58,187 bases of DNA from Actinomycetota bacterium. GTDB lineage: Bacteria > Actinomycetota > Acidimicrobiia > Acidimicrobiales > Ilumatobacteraceae. Positions 36,996 to 45,697 of this stretch are shown here, piece by piece (position 1 is the stretch's first letter; each line of letters begins with the position of its first letter). The translations under genes were made by a program, and so were the position numbers. The notes beneath the pieces were generated by a model, which was not told the origin of the DNA, did not search any database, and saw only the letters and a list, made by a program, of their open reading frames with translations. The stretch covers positions 1 to 58,187 of the forward strand of contig RFTA01000001.1 in assembly GCA_009923685.1 (NCBI GenBank), in the 5' to 3' direction.

Positions 36996-37420
36996 CGACG
37001 TTTCCAAAACCAAGCAATCTAATACCGCATCGTCACCCGTTTCTGTTTGTCGACGAACTTGTCGCCTTGGTGCCGGGACTGAGCGCAACCGGAATTTGGA
37101 AGTTGACGGGAAACGAAGACTTTTTCACCGGTCACTTTCCGGGTCGACCCACATTGCCTGGTGTATTGATGTGCGAAGCGATTGCTCAGGTCGGTGCGTG
37201 TGCAATTTTGAGCGAAGAGAAGTTCGTCGGTAAGTTGCCGCTGTTTGGTGGTCTCGATGGGGCAAGATTTCGTCGTCAGGTGGTGCCTGGTGATCTGCTT
37301 GAAATGTCGGTGCAACTTGGTCGTATGTCAGCTCGTGCTGGCAAGGGGACCGGTGTCGCTAAAGTCAACGGCGAAACTGCATGTGAATGCGAATTATTGT
37401 TTGTGATTGTCGACGCGTAA
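36992..37420 (+). CDS. fabZ: 3-hydroxyacyl-ACP dehydratase
   Basis: 142 aa with HRHPFLFVDE and FFTGHFPGRPTLPGVLMCEAIAQ. Confidence 0.9.
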   Translation: MTTFPKPSNLIPHRHPFLFVDELVALVPGLSATGIWKLTGNEDFFTGHFPGRPTLPGVLMCEAIAQVGACAILSEEKFVGKLPLFGGLDGARFRRQVVPGDLLEMSVQLGRMSARAGKGTGVAKVNGETACECELLFVIVDA

Positions 37421-37430
37421 GCCTCGCGTA

Positions 37431-37464
37431 AGATCTGCGTCAGATCTGCGTCAGGTCTGCGGTC
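37431..37464. repeat. short tandem repeat, 11-12 nt x3 (AGATCTGCGTC AGATCTGCGTC AGGTCTGCGGTC)
   Basis: Read directly in the 45-nt convergent fabZ/fabF spacer. It is preceded by a duplicated CGCGTAAG. Confidence 0.8.
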
Positions 37465-37465
37465 A

Positions 37466-38653
37466 CTAAATATATGGAGCGATAATTATCGAACCGTTGT
37501 GACCGCCGAAGCCGAAATTGTTTGAAATCGTCGGTCCAGGTTGCCAAGGGCGTGCGGCGCCAGTGACGATGTCGACGCCAGACATCTCGGGATCAACAAC
37601 AGTTGTGTTCGCAGTTGGCGGTATCAACTTGTGTTCGAATGAAAGCAAAACGGCGGCGGCCTCAAGTGCGCCAGCGGCACCTAGTGGGTGACCAGTCACT
37701 CCTTTGATTGATGTCATCGGAGGTCTCGATTGGCCAAAGACGGCAGCGACCGCGTTCGCTTCAGCAGAGTCGTTAAGTGGAGTTGACGTGCCGTGAGCAT
37801 TTACTTGTTTGATGTCGTTTGGTGAAAGTCCAGCGTCATCGAGAGCTAGTTTCATGCAAGCGATCGCGCCGACCCCTCCGGGCGAAGGCGCGGTGATGTG
37901 ATGTGCGTCGGCATTGCTGCCCGCACCCAAAACTTCGCCATAAATTTTTGCGCCACGTGCCAGTGCTAGATCAAGTCGCTCGAGAACGAAAACGGCGGAG
38001 CCTTCGCCGAAAATAAAACCGTCACGAGTCGCATCAAATGGCTTGCTAATTTTTGTCGTTGAGAGCGCCGTCATATTTGCAAAACCTGCCACAGCAGTTA
38101 TCGTCGCCGCAGATTCTGCACCACCCGAGATAACTGCATCACATCGTCCCCAAGCGACAAGTCGAGCGGCGTAGCCGAGCGCGTGCGTGGCCGCGGCGCA
38201 CGCGGTGCAGATTGTTTCGGCGGGGCCCTGAAAGCCATATCGCATCGATATTGCTGCGCCAGATGCATTCGACATCATCATCGGCACCAAAAAAGGCGAA
38301 ACTCTGCGCTCTCCTTTTTCTACGCGAACGATAACTTGCTCTTCAAGTGTTCGTAGACCGCCGATGCCGGTGCCGAAAATAGTGCCGATACGAGTTGGGT
38401 CATAGGGCAGTGAACCAGATTGGGCTATGGCTTCTGATGCAGAAGCGAGCGCATATTGCTCACATCGATCTGCACGTCGCGCCTCTTTTGGTCCAGCAAA
38501 ATATGGTGCAGGGTCCCAGTTTTCGACTTCTATTGTGTGGCTACCTGAAACACCTTGACCCAACAAACCATTCCAAAAATTTTGTTTGCCGATGCCACAA
38601 GGTGCAACAACGCCAAAGCCAGTTATTGCAACTCGATGACCAGCACCCTGCAT
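37466..38653 (-). CDS. fabF: beta-ketoacyl-ACP synthase II
   Basis: 395 aa with the active-site Cys in ICTACAAATHA and His motifs NAHGTSTP and GHPLGAAG. Confidence 0.9.
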   Translation of the reverse strand: MQGAGHRVAITGFGVVAPCGIGKQNFWNGLLGQGVSGSHTIEVENWDPAPYFAGPKEARRADRCEQYALASASEAIAQSGSLPYDPTRIGTIFGTGIGGLRTLEEQVIVRVEKGERRVSPFLVPMMMSNASGAAISMRYGFQGPAETICTACAAATHALGYAARLVAWGRCDAVISGGAESAATITAVAGFANMTALSTTKISKPFDATRDGFIFGEGSAVFVLERLDLALARGAKIYGEVLGAGSNADAHHITAPSPGGVGAIACMKLALDDAGLSPNDIKQVNAHGTSTPLNDSAEANAVAAVFGQSRPPMTSIKGVTGHPLGAAGALEAAAVLLSFEHKLIPPTANTTVVDPEMSGVDIVTGAARPWQPGPTISNNFGFGGHNGSIIIAPYI

Positions 38654-38675
38654 GAAATGTTGTGCAGGTTAAAAG

Positions 38676-38915
38676 TTAAGAAACTTTTGCCGCGACAAGG
38701 TTGAAGGCTTTGCCGACAGTGTCGACACCTTCGAGGTCGCTTTCAGGCACGGTGATGCCGAACTCTTCTTCGAGCGCCATTACAAATTCGACGAGGTCGA
38801 GACTGTCTGAGCCAAGGTCATCCTTGAAACTCGCTTCCATTGTCACTTTGGCGGCATCTACCGCCAATACATCTACGGCGCATTTTTTGAAACGATCGAA
38901 AAGTTGTTGGTCCAT
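38676..38915 (-). CDS. acpP: acyl carrier protein
   Basis: 79 aa with the phosphopantetheine site LGSDSLDLVEF. Confidence 0.9.
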   Translation of the reverse strand: MDQQLFDRFKKCAVDVLAVDAAKVTMEASFKDDLGSDSLDLVEFVMALEEEFGITVPESDLEGVDTVGKAFNLVAAKVS

Positions 38916-38924
38916 GGTGCAAGT

Positions 38925-39629
38925 CTAGTGCCCCATGCCAAGTCCACCATCGACTGGGATTACGGCACCAGTTATATAGCCGGCTTCTTGTGATGCAATG
39001 AACGCGACGACTGCTGCAATCTCACTTGGCACCGCCATTCGCGCGAGCGGCACAGCTGCGAGCATGTTGTCGCGCTGTTCTTGAGTTAGTGCGGCAGTCA
39101 TATCAGTTTCAACAGGACCTGGAGCAATGACATTGACAGTTATTGATCGTGAGCCAAGTTCGCGTGCAAGTGAACGAGCCAATCCAACAAGTCCGGCTTT
39201 TGAAGCCGCATAATTTGACTGACCAGCCGAACCAAGCAGACCCACAACAGAAGACGTCAAGATAATTCGACCCGATCGAGCGCGAAGCATGCCTTGGGTG
39301 GCGCGTTTACAAACCCGGTAAGCGCCCGTGAGATTTGCGTCGATGACGGATGAAAAGTCAATTTCACTCATGCGTAGCAACAACTGGTCTTTAGTGATTC
39401 CTGCGTTTGAAACGAGAACTTGTACAGGTCCGAATTTTTCTTCAACGGTTGTAAAAGCGGCATCAACTTCTGTTTGTGATGTGACGTCACACTTGACCGC
39501 AAAAAAGTCCCCCGATGGTTTGGTGCTGTTGTATGTAATTGCAACTTTGTCACCAAGTTTCGCAAAATGTTCGGCACAAGCCAGGCCGATACCTTTTGCG
39601 CCACCTGTAATTAAAACGACTCGACTCAT
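38925..39629 (-). CDS. fabG: 3-oxoacyl-ACP reductase
   Basis: SDR with TGGAKGIG, NAG and YAASKAG. The start was chosen at ATG 39627-39629 (MSRVVLITGG), which forms an ATGA overlap with the fabH stop. The track ORF starts at 39641. Confidence 0.85.
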   Translation of the reverse strand: MSRVVLITGGAKGIGLACAEHFAKLGDKVAITYNSTKPSGDFFAVKCDVTSQTEVDAAFTTVEEKFGPVQVLVSNAGITKDQLLLRMSEIDFSSVIDANLTGAYRVCKRATQGMLRARSGRIILTSSVVGLLGSAGQSNYAASKAGLVGLARSLARELGSRSITVNVIAPGPVETDMTAALTQEQRDNMLAAVPLARMAVPSEIAAVVAFIASQEAGYITGAVIPVDGGLGMGH

Positions 39630-40576
39630 GATTGGTCCCACTTTATGACTGCGCTAGCGGCTGTCATCCCAGCTCCGAAGCCAACTAGCAAAACATTGTC
39701 GCCAGATTTGACGCGACCACGATCAATCGCGTCGAATAACGCAAGTGGTATCGAAGCCGATGATGTATTGCCGGTTTCGTGCAACACGACTGCGGTTTTG
39801 CTCATTGGAATATCAAGCCGTTTGCAAGCGGCTTCGATGATTCGAATATTTGCCTGGTGGGGCACAACAAGATCGATCTCGCCTGTGGTCAGACCGGATG
39901 CCTTGATCGACTTCTCGGCAGAGTCGACCATGATTCGCACGGCACGACGAAAAACTTCTTTTCCGTCCATGTGCAAGGTGCCACCAATTTCTGCATAAAG
40001 CAATTCTTCAAGCGAACCATCGGCGTCGAAATCCCAGCCGAGCAATTGTCCAGGGCCACTAGTTGCTTCAATGACTGCGGCCCCCGAGCCATCGGCAAAA
40101 AGAATTGCGGTGTTGCGGTCTGACCAGTCGGTAATTCTTGAAAGAGTATCGGTGCCGATAACCAGAATTCGCCTCATACCCATGGCGATCAAACCGTGAC
40201 CTGTGATAAGCGCATAGACGAAACCCGAGCAGGCAGCGTTCACGTCGAATGCCCCGCAACGAAGGCCGAGACCGTGTTGAACAGTTGCACTCGTTGCGGG
40301 CACTGTGCGATCGGGGGTTGTGGTCGAAAGCACGAGCGCATCTATCGTCGAGGCGTCAATGCCCGCCATTTCGATTGCTTTGCGTCCAGACTCGATTGAG
40401 AGACTCGCCGTTGTTCCGCCGATGTGTCGTCGTTCGATACCTGTTCGTTCGCGAATCCATTCATCTGAGGTGTCCATGGTTTTAGACAGGTCATCGTTCG
40501 TGACAATTTTTGGAGGTAGTGCTGTGCCCCAGCCGATAATTTTTGCGCCAACGACACCATTTGGAATTGTCGGCAT
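39626..40576 (-). CDS. fabH: beta-ketoacyl-ACP synthase III
   Basis: Active-site triad context NAACSGFVYAL, HQANIRII and GNTSSASIP. The start was chosen at ATG 40576 (MPTIPNG..), 13 nt after the fabD stop. The track ORF begins at TTG 40612. Confidence 0.85.
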   Translation of the reverse strand: MPTIPNGVVGAKIIGWGTALPPKIVTNDDLSKTMDTSDEWIRERTGIERRHIGGTTASLSIESGRKAIEMAGIDASTIDALVLSTTTPDRTVPATSATVQHGLGLRCGAFDVNAACSGFVYALITGHGLIAMGMRRILVIGTDTLSRITDWSDRNTAILFADGSGAAVIEATSGPGQLLGWDFDADGSLEELLYAEIGGTLHMDGKEVFRRAVRIMVDSAEKSIKASGLTTGEIDLVVPHQANIRIIEAACKRLDIPMSKTAVVLHETGNTSSASIPLALFDAIDRGRVKSGDNVLLVGFGAGMTAASAVIKWDQS

Positions 40577-40589
40577 CAGATCACTGCTC

Positions 40590-41765
40590 TCATATTGTTC
40601 GCAACCAAGCAATTGGTTGGTGTGCAGTCAGTCTTTCGCCCTCAACGCTGATGTAGTTCTGCAAAATTCCGTCAAACAAAGAACGTACTTCTTGATCGCC
40701 AACCATTCCCAACACATCACCAACGCTAATGCGCGCACCGTTGGCGATTAATTTGCTGGGCGCAAACACTCCAGCGCCGGGGCTAACTACCAAACGTTCG
40801 ACTGCAAAGAGGTGCTCACCTTCGTGAAGTTGTGGCACTGACAGCGATGAAGCGCCAATCCATTCAATGAGTTTGTCGAGTTCGTCCGGCGTGCTGATGC
40901 TCAAAGTGCGAGCAGATTCAATGGTGCGTTTGGCCATGCCTGTGAGAACCCCGCCGGGCCCGAGTTCTACGAAATCTTTGATCCCGTTTTCAGACATCGT
41001 TTGCAGACAGTGTTTCCATCGCACTGGACTTGAAAGCTGCGCCGACAAAAGAGTCGTCCATTCATTGCCTTGGTCGTGCGCTTTTGCATCGACATTTGAA
41101 ACTATTGGCACATCTGAGTCACGTGGTTTTGCGAGGGCGATCGCCTCACGAAGTCGATCGCGCGCAGGAGCCATTAACGGAGTATGAAACGCGCCCGAAA
41201 CAGGAAGTGCCATTACTCGTTTGGCACCTAGCTCTTTGGCGTGTTCAGTGGCAGTTTGCACGGCCGGAGCAGTGCCGGCAATGACCACTTGGCCTGGCGC
41301 ATTAAAGTTTGCGACCCAAACGTCGCTGTCGGCGCGACGACATGCAGTTTCAACTTGGTCGTCTTCTAAACCAAGCACAGCAGACATGACGCCTGGCGAT
41401 GCCGATCCGGCGTCGTGCATTGCCGCGGCGCGCTCTACGACAAGTCGTACACCATCTTCAAAACTCAGAGCTCCGTTTGCTGTAAGTGCCGTGTATTCGC
41501 CTAGTGAGTGACCAGCACAAAGGCTTGGTTCAAAACCAAGTCGTTCAACTGCGTCGAGCACCATCAAACTTGCAACAAACGTCGTCAACTGGGCGTTGCG
41601 GGTGTCTTTCAAAGTTTCGGCGTCTGCGTTTAAAAGAAGGTCAGCAACATCACGATTAGCGATTTCGGAGGCCTCAATTACGAGATCCCAACTTTCGTGG
41701 TCAACCCAAGGTTTGCCCATGCCTGGTCGTTGAGATCCTTGACCAGGAAAGGTGAATGCAAGCAT
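40590..41765 (-). CDS. fabD: malonyl-CoA:ACP transacylase fused to a C-terminal BCCP/lipoyl-like barrel domain without the modifiable lysine
   Basis: The start was chosen at ATG 41765 (MLAFTFPGQGSQ). Catalytic GHSLGEYTA and GAFHTPLM are present, and the FabD core ends near ELGPGGVLTGMAKR. About 90 extra residues follow. Within them, VVSPGAGVF .. ISVGDVLGMV .. GILQNYISVEGERLTAHQPIAWL parallels the BCCP sequence VRSPMVGTF .. VNVGDTLCIVEAMKM .. [20 protein letters not shown]. Confidence 0.8.
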   Translation of the reverse strand: MLAFTFPGQGSQRPGMGKPWVDHESWDLVIEASEIANRDVADLLLNADAETLKDTRNAQLTTFVASLMVLDAVERLGFEPSLCAGHSLGEYTALTANGALSFEDGVRLVVERAAAMHDAGSASPGVMSAVLGLEDDQVETACRRADSDVWVANFNAPGQVVIAGTAPAVQTATEHAKELGAKRVMALPVSGAFHTPLMAPARDRLREAIALAKPRDSDVPIVSNVDAKAHDQGNEWTTLLSAQLSSPVRWKHCLQTMSENGIKDFVELGPGGVLTGMAKRTIESARTLSISTPDELDKLIEWIGASSLSVPQLHEGEHLFAVERLVVSPGAGVFAPSKLIANGARISVGDVLGMVGDQEVRSLFDGILQNYISVEGERLTAHQPIAWLRTI

Positions 41766-41788
41766 CTTCGAATGAGTGCCTTTCGTGT

Positions 41789-41818
41789 TATCTACATCGT
41801 AGAAGAAAATCGTAGAGT
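41789..41818. promoter_or_regulatory. candidate operator in the fab operon promoter: direct repeat ATCGTAGA x2 plus palindrome TCTACATCGTAGA
   Basis: ATCGTAGA occurs at 41796-41803 and 41809-41816 on the + strand (TCTACGAT on the fabD strand). TCTAC-ATC-GTAGA lies at 41791-41803. The repeats sit 24-53 nt upstream of the fabD start. Confidence 0.35.
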
Positions 41819-41899
41819 AAATACGAGTGAATTTGGAGTTAACGACGAGAGAATGCACCGTGTGGGCTCAAGCGATTGGTAGATACGCTTAGCGGGCAA

Positions 41900-41985
41900 G
41901 CCCGAGTGGCGGAATGGCAGACGCGACGGACTCAAAATCCGTTGTCTGAAAGGGCGTGCGGGTTCGACTCCCGCCTCGGGCACCA
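41900..41985 (+). tRNA. tRNA-Leu (anticodon CAA), class II with long variable arm, genomically encoded CCA
   Basis: Cloverleaf folded by hand: acceptor GCCCGAG/CTCGGGC, anticodon stem ACGGA/TCCGT with loop CTCAAAA, a long variable arm, and T arm GCGGG-TTCGACT-CCCGC. Discriminator A and CCA occupy 41982-41985. Confidence 0.9.
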
Positions 41986-42284
41986 TGACTATACGAAATT
42001 TAGGTAATCAATTCGTCGAGCGACGCTTACGTCGCGGTTCGCAGACGTTGCGCGAATTGCGTGACGAACTTCGTATCACTTCCGAGCAGCTTGAGTTCAT
42101 CGAAGGCGAGGCACAAGAAAAAGAGATGCGTGCAATGGTCGCCGAAACGGCCGACGCGGCACTTGAACACCACGAAGCACAAAAGAATCTGGAGGCGATA
42201 CAGAAGTATCACCGTCATTTGGTTTCGTCAATTGCTGAGCATGAAGTTCGGCAAGATCAGTTGCTCGACAAGCTTGGTAGTTGA
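41985..42284 (+). CDS. hypothetical coiled-coil protein (99 aa)
   Basis: The ORF is rich in E/R/L/Q with heptad-like character. The ATG shares its A with the tRNA CCA end, and there is no SD. The stop lies 11 nt before the pdtaR ATG. Coding status is uncertain. Confidence 0.4.
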   Translation: MTIRNLGNQFVERRLRRGSQTLRELRDELRITSEQLEFIEGEAQEKEMRAMVAETADAALEHHEAQKNLEAIQKYHRHLVSSIAEHEVRQDQLLDKLGS

Positions 42285-42295
42285 GAGTTGGATCA

Positions 42296-42871
42296 ATGGG
42301 AATCAAAATTGTTTTAGCCGAAGATGAAGCGATAATTCGGCTAGATCTTCGTGAGAGTTTGATTGAAGAAGGATACGAAGTCGTTGGAGATGTGGGCCGA
42401 GGTGACAAAGCGGTTGAAATGGTGCGAGAAAAGCGGCCTGATGTTGCAATATTTGACATAAAGATGCCGGGAATGTCTGGTCTTGAGGCGGCAAAAATCG
42501 TTTCCGATGAGAGACTTTGCCCAGTGGTGATGCTGACTGCGTTTAGCCAACGCGAAATCATCGAACAAGCTCGTGATGCTGGCGCTCTCGCTTATCTTGT
42601 CAAGCCGTTTCAAAAGTCTGACTTAGTGCCCGCGATCGAACTCGCAATCGGCAGATTTGCCGAAATGCAGGCGCTCTCAAATGAAGTTGCTGCACTTGGC
42701 GCTCAACTTGAAATTCGCAAACTGATCGATCGCGCCAAAGGAGTTTTGATTGACAAATTCAAAATGTCCGAGGCTGACTCATTCTCGTTCATTCAGAACA
42801 AGGCGATGTCTGAGCGCAAAAAGATGGGTGATATCGCCGAGTTGATTATTGGTGGCAAACTGAATCCTTGA
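42296..42871 (+). CDS. pdtaR: ANTAR-domain response regulator (PdtaR-like)
   Basis: Receiver domain (IVLAEDE, DIKMPGMSG, AYLVKPF) plus a C-terminal ANTAR domain (IDRAKGVLIDKFKMSEADSFSFIQNKAM). It lies upstream of polA, as in other actinobacteria. The start was chosen at ATG 42296. Confidence 0.85.
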   Translation: MGIKIVLAEDEAIIRLDLRESLIEEGYEVVGDVGRGDKAVEMVREKRPDVAIFDIKMPGMSGLEAAKIVSDERLCPVVMLTAFSQREIIEQARDAGALAYLVKPFQKSDLVPAIELAIGRFAEMQALSNEVAALGAQLEIRKLIDRAKGVLIDKFKMSEADSFSFIQNKAMSERKKMGDIAELIIGGKLNP

Positions 42872-42928
42872 TCGACGGGCGAGAAGCGCTTTCTGATGCG
42901 GTCTAGGCGCGACGACTAGTTTCTAGTT

Positions 42929-45631
42929 ATGAAACTGATGGCCCTTGACGGCAACTCTTTGGCCTATCGCGCTTTTTTTGCGCTACCGACAGACATGGTG
43001 ACTGCGAGCGGACAGGTTACAAACGCAATTTACGGCTTTACGTCGATGCTTTTGACTTTGATGCGAGATCACAAGCCAGACGGTGTCATCGTTGTATTTG
43101 ATCGCAAAGAGCCGACGTTTCGTCATGAGGCCGCGCCGGAGTACAAGGCACAACGCGAAACTCAGCCTGATATTTTGTATCAACAGCTCGATCTAATTCG
43201 TGAGATGTTGACAAAGATGGGCGTCACCGCGATCGATGCCCCAGGTTTTGAAGGCGATGATTTGATTGCAACAATCGCTGAGATGGCACTTAAATCGGGG
43301 GACGATCTGATTATCGTCACGGGTGATCGCGACAATTATCAATTGGTCAGTGACCCTCATATTCGTGTGTTGTATAACAAGCGAGGTGTGAGTGACTATG
43401 CGCTTTATGACGAGGCAGGTATTCTCGAGCGAACTGGTGTCACACCGAAGCAGTATGCCGATTATGCGGCGCTTCGCGGTGACCCCAGTGACAATCTTGA
43501 AGGGGTGCCCGGCGTCGGTGAGAAGACTGCCGCGAAATTAATAACGAAGTATCAAACCATCGAAGCCGTGTTCGATAATGCAGACGAACAAACCCCGAAA
43601 CTCAAACAAGCGCTGATCGAAAGTCGCTCGCGGGTGTTGCGCAACGCAAAACTGATGGTGCTGCGACGAGATGCACCAGTGAAAATTGATATTCACGCGT
43701 TGTCACCGCGGCCAAATGCGAATGCTGTCAAAGAAATATTTGCCGTCTTTGAATTTAAGACGATGTTCGCTCGCTTCGTTGAGGCAACAAAACACTTCGC
43801 CGGTCTTGACGAAATTTCAGTTGCCGAATCAGACGCCAGCAATGATGTCGCTTCACAAAAGAGTGTGAGTATCTCAGCAACCGTTGAGATTTGCGAGACG
43901 ACGAAAGCGGCCGTATCAGCACTCAAAAAAAATGAAGTCTCTGACATCGCGGCGGCTTGGTTGGGCGATCCTGGCCGCTCAGAGTTGTTGGGTTTGGCCG
44001 TGGTCGGCGAAGTCGCAAAGTCGCAAGTTTTTTGGATATCGGCGAAACTTTTGTTTTCGATCGAAGTGATAGCTGTGCTTAATGATGGCTTCAAGTTTCG
44101 TGGACACAATGTCAAACCATTGATGCGCAGTTTTTTGGGTCTCGGCATCGACCTCAGAGAGATGGTTCTTGACACTGCGATCGCCGCTTATCTGCTTGAT
44201 CCGTCAGAGTCGCGATATGAAATTAAACAAGTCGTTTTGCGATATCTCGAGGTTGATTTTGCTTCGACCGATTCAAATATTCAAGATGGTCAATTAAATT
44301 TTGATGCACCCGACGCAACGAGTGCGGCAAGCAGTACTGCTGCGGCAGAAGCGCTTGGTGTATCGCTAGTGTCGCAAGTTTTGGTTACATCACTCGAAAG
44401 TCAGAAATTGGCCAAGCTTTATTATGAGATAGAACATCCACTTGTAAGAGTTCTTGCACGAATGGAGTTTCTCGGTGTTGAGGTTGACAAGCATCAACTA
44501 AATGAAATCAACAAAAAATTGACCGCTGAGTGTAATGCTCTCACCAAAAAGTTGCACACGATCGCCAAACAAGAGTTCAATCTGAATTCTCCGTTGCAAT
44601 TGCGAAAAATTCTCTACGAGGACAAAAAATTGACACCAGGTAAAAAAAACAAGACTGGCCCGAGCACCGATGCAGCGACCTTAGAAAAGCTAAAAGATCA
44701 GTGGCCAGAGTTCATTGAGCCGTTACTTGAATATCGCGAAGTCGAAAAGCTGCGTTCGACATACGGCGAAGGTTTGTTGAGTGTTGTTGAAGGTGATAGT
44801 CGCATTCACGCGACGTTCAATCAGACCGTTGCGCGCACGGGTCGCCTCAGTAGTGACCAACCGAATCTGCACAATATTCCCGTGCGAAGCGAACAAGGCA
44901 AAGTCTTTCGAACGGCGTTTGTGCCGCGCGAGAAATGTCAGTTTCTGGTGGCTGACTACAACCAAATTGAATTGCGTTGTATTGCGCATCTTGCCAATGA
45001 CCCGGGACTCATCGATGCCTTTAATAAGAACATTGATATTCACAATGTCACTGCGGCAAGTGTTTTCAATGTTGATCCAGATGCGGTTACGAGCGAACAG
45101 CGATCGAAAGCAAAAATGATCTCTTACGGACTTGCTTATGGAATGGAGGCTTATGGTTTGGCCCAGCGACTCGCGATCGGGGTTAGCGAGGCAAGCGAAA
45201 TTCTTGACGCATATTTTGCTGCTTTCCCGAGGGTCAAAAAGTATATGGATGAAACCGTCGAGCTGGCGAGACAACGTGGCTATACCGAAACCCTTTTTGG
45301 TCGCAAGAGGGCTATTCCTGAACTTCAGAATCCAAATTTTCGGATGCGACAAATTGGCGAACGTCAGGCGATGAATTCTGGAATTCAGGGCTTGGCTGCA
45401 GACATATTTAAAGTCGCAATCGTGCGACTCGACAATGGTCTAGAAGCCGGCGGTTTCGAGTCACGGTTGGTTCTGCAGGTGCATGATGAGGTGATCGTTG
45501 AGGCGGTGGTCGATGAGCACCAACGCGTCGAGGCATTGGTGCGCGATTCGATGTGCAACGCCGCCGATTTGGCCGTGCCGCTTGAAGTAAATCTCGCTTG
45601 GGGGGACAGTTGGGCATCGGCAAAAGCTTGA
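42929..45631 (+). CDS. polA: DNA polymerase I
   Basis: 900 aa with an N-terminal 5'-nuclease domain (LDGNSLAYRAFFAL), a central 3'-5' exonuclease-like region, and polymerase motifs DYNQIELR, RSKAKMISYGLAYG and QVHDE. Confidence 0.95.
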   Translation: MKLMALDGNSLAYRAFFALPTDMVTASGQVTNAIYGFTSMLLTLMRDHKPDGVIVVFDRKEPTFRHEAAPEYKAQRETQPDILYQQLDLIREMLTKMGVTAIDAPGFEGDDLIATIAEMALKSGDDLIIVTGDRDNYQLVSDPHIRVLYNKRGVSDYALYDEAGILERTGVTPKQYADYAALRGDPSDNLEGVPGVGEKTAAKLITKYQTIEAVFDNADEQTPKLKQALIESRSRVLRNAKLMVLRRDAPVKIDIHALSPRPNANAVKEIFAVFEFKTMFARFVEATKHFAGLDEISVAESDASNDVASQKSVSISATVEICETTKAAVSALKKNEVSDIAAAWLGDPGRSELLGLAVVGEVAKSQVFWISAKLLFSIEVIAVLNDGFKFRGHNVKPLMRSFLGLGIDLREMVLDTAIAAYLLDPSESRYEIKQVVLRYLEVDFASTDSNIQDGQLNFDAPDATSAASSTAAAEALGVSLVSQVLVTSLESQKLAKLYYEIEHPLVRVLARMEFLGVEVDKHQLNEINKKLTAECNALTKKLHTIAKQEFNLNSPLQLRKILYEDKKLTPGKKNKTGPSTDAATLEKLKDQWPEFIEPLLEYREVEKLRSTYGEGLLSVVEGDSRIHATFNQTVARTGRLSSDQPNLHNIPVRSEQGKVFRTAFVPREKCQFLVADYNQIELRCIAHLANDPGLIDAFNKNIDIHNVTAASVFNVDPDAVTSEQRSKAKMISYGLAYGMEAYGLAQRLAIGVSEASEILDAYFAAFPRVKKYMDETVELARQRGYTETLFGRKRAIPELQNPNFRMRQIGERQAMNSGIQGLAADIFKVAIVRLDNGLEAGGFESRLVLQVHDEVIVEAVVDEHQRVEALVRDSMCNAADLAVPLEVNLAWGDSWASAKA

Positions 45632-45657
45632 TCCAGCGTCCCGAAAAGAGCCGTCGC

Positions 45658-45697
45658 GGATAGGCTGAAGCGTCCTATCCACCTCTCCTATCCACCG
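45658..45697 (+). promoter_or_regulatory. candidate rpsA leader structure: GGATAGG followed by two copies of TCCTATCCACC
   Basis: GGATAGG (45658-64) is complementary to CCTATCC at 45674-80 and again at 45687-93. The 11-nt direct repeat TCCTATCCACC occurs at 45673-83 and 45686-96. The element ends 13 nt before the rpsA GTG. Confidence 0.4.

Noticed and set aside
36892-37233. 113-aa plus-strand ORF bridging the Bcp relic and fabZ
   Set aside because: It is out of frame with the strongly supported fabZ and has an Arg/Cys-rich artefactual composition.
42097-42561. 154-aa minus-strand ORF spanning the coiled-coil ORF and the pdtaR start
   Set aside because: It is antisense to the clearly recognisable PdtaR receiver domain and has a low-complexity Ser/Pro/Arg composition.
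44723-45352. 209-aa minus-strand ORF inside polA
   Set aside because: It is antisense to the conserved polymerase domain and has no recognisable motifs, so it is an antisense-frame artefact.
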